NCBI GenBank assembly: GCA_964243375.1
Contig: CAXTEE010000005.1
Location: forward strand, 51,006 to 115,005
Length of the DNA stretch: 64,000 nt
From: an uncultured Acidobacteriaceae bacterium
Lineage (GTDB): Bacteria > Acidobacteriota > Terriglobia > Terriglobales > Acidobacteriaceae
Direction of reading: 5' to 3'
Made by a program: the position numbers and the translations under genes. Shown here one piece after another: positions 60,808 to 64,000 of this stretch (position 1 is its first letter; every line of letters starts with the position of its first letter). The notes below the pieces were generated by a model. The model was given only the letters and a program-made list of their open reading frames with translations. It was not told where the DNA came from and did no database searches.

Positions 60808-62570
60808 ACCGGAACAGTGAGGTCTCGAGACGTTCCTTCCTTTGGATGTCGGCGGCGTCGACAGCTGCCTTGGCCCAGGGGGTCTCCTCCCGCCACGTAC
60901 GAGCCTTGGCCCGAGGCAAACCAAGCGGGCGTCCCTTCTTGGCTCAATTCACTGACGTCGCAGCCGAAGCCGGCCTGCGAGAGATCTTAATCTACGGCGG
61001 TCTGAAGAAGAAGAACTACATCATCGAGACCGTCGGCTGTGGTGTGGCCTTCTTCGATTACGACAACGACGGATGGTTGGACATCTTTCTTCTCTCCGGG
61101 ACTCGTATGGATGGTTCCACACCCAACGCGACAAACCGGCTCTACAAGAATAACCGGGACGGAACCTTCACTGACGTCACGGAACACGCCGGCCTAAGGA
61201 GAGGTGGCTGGGCAAGTGCCGTCACCGTGGGGGATTTCAACAACGATGGTTGGGAAGATCTGTTTATCACCTACTACGGACAGAATATTCTCTATCGCAA
61301 CAACGGCGATGGCACCTTTACCGATGTAACTGAAAAAGCCGGTCTGCTGTACTCCGGTCCTCCCCGTTGGGGTTCAGGCTGCACCTTTCTTGACTTCGAT
61401 CGCGACGGACACCTGGACCTCTTTGTTGCTCACTACGTTGATCTTCATATGGACAAACTCCCGAGCCCGGGCGCCAATCCTTTCTGCAACTACAAAGGCG
61501 TGCCGGTCAACTGTGGCCCACGTGGTCTACCGATGCCGAGAAATACCCTCTATCGGAATCAAGGCGACGGAACGTTCGTCGACGTGTCAGCCAGGAGTGG
61601 CATCGACAAAGCGCCACGCACCTACTCCATGACCGCTGTTGCCGCGGACCTGAGTGGAACAGGGTGGACTGACCTCTATGTCGCCTCCGACTCGACCCCA
61701 AGCCTCTTCTTGCGCAACCAGGGTGACGGCACCTTCTCAGAGGAGGGTGCCGAGCGCGGGGTCGCCTTCAGCGCAGATGGAGCAGAGCAGGCAGGGATGG
61801 GGGTCGCCGTCGGCGACTACAATCTTGACGGCAAATTGGATCTCTTCAAGACGCACTTTTCCGATGACACGAGCGCTCTCTTCCGCAACGACGGCAAAGG
61901 AAACTTTACAGACTGCACCCTCAATGCAGGCTTTGGTGTCGAAACGAGGTTCATCTCATGGGGTGCTGGCTTTGCCGACTTCGACAATAATGGATGGCCT
62001 GATCTGGCCGTCGTCACAGGTTCGGTCTACCCGGAAGTCGAGGCACAATTTCCGGAGTATCCACTCAAAACTCCGCGAATGATCCACCGAAATCTCGGTG
62101 ACGGACGCTTCGAAGAACTCATCTCCGAAGCTGGTCCAGGGATCGCTACTCCCCACTGTAGTCGTGGATGCGCGTTCGGAGACTTTGATAATGATGGCGA
62201 TGTCGATATGATCGTCGTCAATTTGAACGAGCCCCCATCCCTTCTTCGCAATGACCTGAATAGTCGTGGAAACTGGCTGAAGATCTTATTGGTTGGTACG
62301 AAGTCGAACCGGAGCGCCATCGGCTCCACAGTTCTCGTCACCTACGCTGGAAAAACTCAGGCACAGGCGGTGTTGGCACAATCCAGCTTCTACTCCGTGA
62401 ACGACCGTCGACTTCATTTCGGAATCGGAGACAATGCAACGGCCGATCTCGAGATCCATTGGACCAATGGGCTCGTGGAGCGATACCCCGGCGTCAATGC
62501 GAACCAGCTGGTCACCGCCACCGAGGCTCATGGAATAACAAAGCGCCCACTGCCGAGTCGCGCAAGATAA
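60804..62570 (+). CDS. CRTAC1-family protein (FG-GAP repeats plus ASPIC/UnbV), Tat signal
   Basis: SRRSFL; DYDNDGWLD, DFNNDG repeats; RRLHFGIG. Confidence 0.93.
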   Translation: MNRNSEVSRRSFLWMSAASTAALAQGVSSRHVRALARGKPSGRPFLAQFTDVAAEAGLREILIYGGLKKKNYIIETVGCGVAFFDYDNDGWLDIFLLSGTRMDGSTPNATNRLYKNNRDGTFTDVTEHAGLRRGGWASAVTVGDFNNDGWEDLFITYYGQNILYRNNGDGTFTDVTEKAGLLYSGPPRWGSGCTFLDFDRDGHLDLFVAHYVDLHMDKLPSPGANPFCNYKGVPVNCGPRGLPMPRNTLYRNQGDGTFVDVSARSGIDKAPRTYSMTAVAADLSGTGWTDLYVASDSTPSLFLRNQGDGTFSEEGAERGVAFSADGAEQAGMGVAVGDYNLDGKLDLFKTHFSDDTSALFRNDGKGNFTDCTLNAGFGVETRFISWGAGFADFDNNGWPDLAVVTGSVYPEVEAQFPEYPLKTPRMIHRNLGDGRFEELISEAGPGIATPHCSRGCAFGDFDNDGDVDMIVVNLNEPPSLLRNDLNSRGNWLKILLVGTKSNRSAIGSTVLVTYAGKTQAQAVLAQSSFYSVNDRRLHFGIGDNATADLEIHWTNGLVERYPGVNANQLVTATEAHGITKRPLPSRAR

Positions 62571-62683
62571 ACGTCCTATTTAGGCAAGAGCTGGCAAGCG
62601 AGCGATAACTCCTGCAGACGACACTCTGCGAATCTCAGGTGAACCAAAGATCCGCAGAGACCTGTTCAAACAGTCGTATGCAG

Positions 62684-64000
62684 TTAGAACAACAACTTAC
62701 CGCCAAATTGAAACTTGCGCGCATCCCATGTCGACGTAACCTGTCCAAAGTTTCCCGCAGTAAAGCTGTTCTGCAGATTTTGAAACTGCGTGTGGTTGAA
62801 GGTATTGAAGGATTCAGCGCGGAACTGAAAGCGGACCGCTTCCCCATGGATTGGAAAAGACTTGAATAACGAAAGATTCGTGTTGAACCGACCCGGCCCG
62901 ATCACCTTGTCCTTACCTGAATTACCAAAACCCTGGTTGATCCCCGAACTGTCACCCCCGGCCCAGGGCGCGGCTGGCGCCGAGAAGGCGGCGGTATTGA
63001 AATATTCCGCGTACTTCTTTGTGCCCCGGGTAGAGGTGCCCTGAACAAGGTTCGCCCGATTCGTCGTGCCCCCACCGATGCCGATCGTATCCGTGCCGTA
63101 TGTGATCGGAACTGGCGATCCGGAATTAGCGATTGTAATGCCTGATATCTGCCAACCGCTCAAAAACTCCCTCGCTGCGAAATGATTCGCATTCTTCAGG
63201 AAAGGCAGATCATAGATGTAGTTCGCATTGAAAATATGCCGCTTGTCGAAGGATCCAGAGCCTCGGTCATACTCGGTATTGAACGGATTCGAGAGAGTTT
63301 GGAGGTCGTTCCCGTTTGAGGAGTAGTCAATCTGGTGCGACCATGTATAAGAGCCCTGCACCGTGACGCCATGCTTGTTCTCCAGCCGTATACCCCCCTG
63401 CAGGGAGTGATAACTCGAATTTGTCGTCTGCTCCTCCTGCGTGATGCTCGAGTAGCCCAGAAACTGTCTGTACTGGTTCGGATCTGTTCCGTAAGAATTG
63501 ACCCCATCAGTCTGAGGAGTACTGGTTGCGATCGCCTTACGCAGAAGCGCAGGGCTACTGAGCGGAAGCGTATTGATGGCACGCTCATCGTTTTGGTGCC
63601 AGCCGGAGGTTCCGACGTACTGCACCACGGCAACGATCGATGGAGCTATCTCCCGCTGCACGCCCAGACTGTACATAGCTAACCCTGGAAGTGGATAGTG
63701 ATAGGCGAGATTGGTGAGGCTGGCCGGCTTTGGATTCGTAGAAGCCGTCAGCCCCGTGATCGCGCTCTGATTAGCATCGGAAAAGTAAACATTGTTGGCA
63801 GAAGGTTGAAAGGAAAACGGCGGATTGGTGGCCGCATTGTAGGAGTCGTTCCCTTGAATGCGTTCGAAGAACAATCCAAAGCCACTGCGTATAACTGTCC
63901 TGCCATCACCAAACACATCGTAGGCAAATCCGATACGCGGCTGGGCAGAGTTGTAATCATTCCCAACACCACCTCGCGGGAACCCAGCCGATCCGGCAAT
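62684..64000 (-). CDS. TonB-dependent receptor (Oar-like), C-terminal part; runs off right edge
   Basis: Frame open to 64000 (...NDYNSAQPRIGFAYDVFGDGRTVIRSGFG...); ends FQFRAESFNTFNHTQF..ARKFQFGGKLLF. Confidence 0.92.
   Translation of the reverse strand: MAGSAGFPRGGVGNDYNSAQPRIGFAYDVFGDGRTVIRSGFGLFFERIQGNDSYNAATNPPFSFQPSANNVYFSDANQSAITGLTASTNPKPASLTNLAYHYPLPGLAMYSLGVQREIAPSIVAVVQYVGTSGWHQNDERAINTLPLSSPALLRKAIATSTPQTDGVNSYGTDPNQYRQFLGYSSITQEEQTTNSSYHSLQGGIRLENKHGVTVQGSYTWSHQIDYSSNGNDLQTLSNPFNTEYDRGSGSFDKRHIFNANYIYDLPFLKNANHFAAREFLSGWQISGITIANSGSPVPITYGTDTIGIGGGTTNRANLVQGTSTRGTKKYAEYFNTAAFSAPAAPWAGGDSSGINQGFGNSGKDKVIGPGRFNTNLSLFKSFPIHGEAVRFQFRAESFNTFNHTQFQNLQNSFTAGNFGQVTSTWDARKFQFGGKLLF

Noticed and set aside
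59677-62570. TPR and CRTAC1 proteins as T6SS effectors
   Set aside because: They carry Sec/Tat signals, and this pair is a typical acidobacterial envelope module
1-64000. CRISPR arrays, tRNA/rRNA, integrase or transposase
   Set aside because: No spaced direct repeats, RNA gene signatures or transposase/recombinase motifs seen by eye

Overview
Bacterial DNA, most likely Acidobacteriota (inferred from the Oar-like TonB receptor, TPR/CRTAC1 pair and Y_Y_Y propeller kinase). Three blocks. (1) 1-24 kb, GC-richer and partly decayed: a minus-strand operon (MBL hydrolase, haloalkane dehalogenase, alginate-export-family porin, SnoaL pseudogene, Tat protein, uncharacterised protein), MarC, two divergent NarL/LuxR regulators flanking a His-less kinase fragment, a redox cluster (QOR-SnoaL fusion, ALDH, SnoaL, QOR, UBP Zn finger, cNMP/TrxB-like), an orphan Y_Y_Y sensor kinase and a dnaE2 pseudogene. 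(2) 25-31 kb: a tripartite RND efflux pump. (3) 31-64 kb: a type VI secretion cluster (Ser/Thr kinase, secreted TPR-like protein, PP2C, tssM, tssL, two tssK, tssB, tssC, hcp, tagJ, tssA, tssE, tssF, tssG, clpV, vgrG, DUF4280; no tssJ, FHA protein or effector seen), then an ECF sigma/anti-sigma pair, TPR, CRTAC1 and a partial TonB receptor. Main lead: all five T6SS transcription units have a G(G/A)AAT-N17/18-GTY ECF-type promoter motif upstream, twice as overlapping back-to-back pairs. The adjacent sigma resembles SigR/SigH, and its membrane anti-sigma has an N-terminal ZAS motif plus a periplasmic CxxCH motif. This suggests a redox- or heme-gated, ECF-driven atypical T6SS; the link is inference. 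No rRNA, tRNA, CRISPR or intact mobile element was seen.
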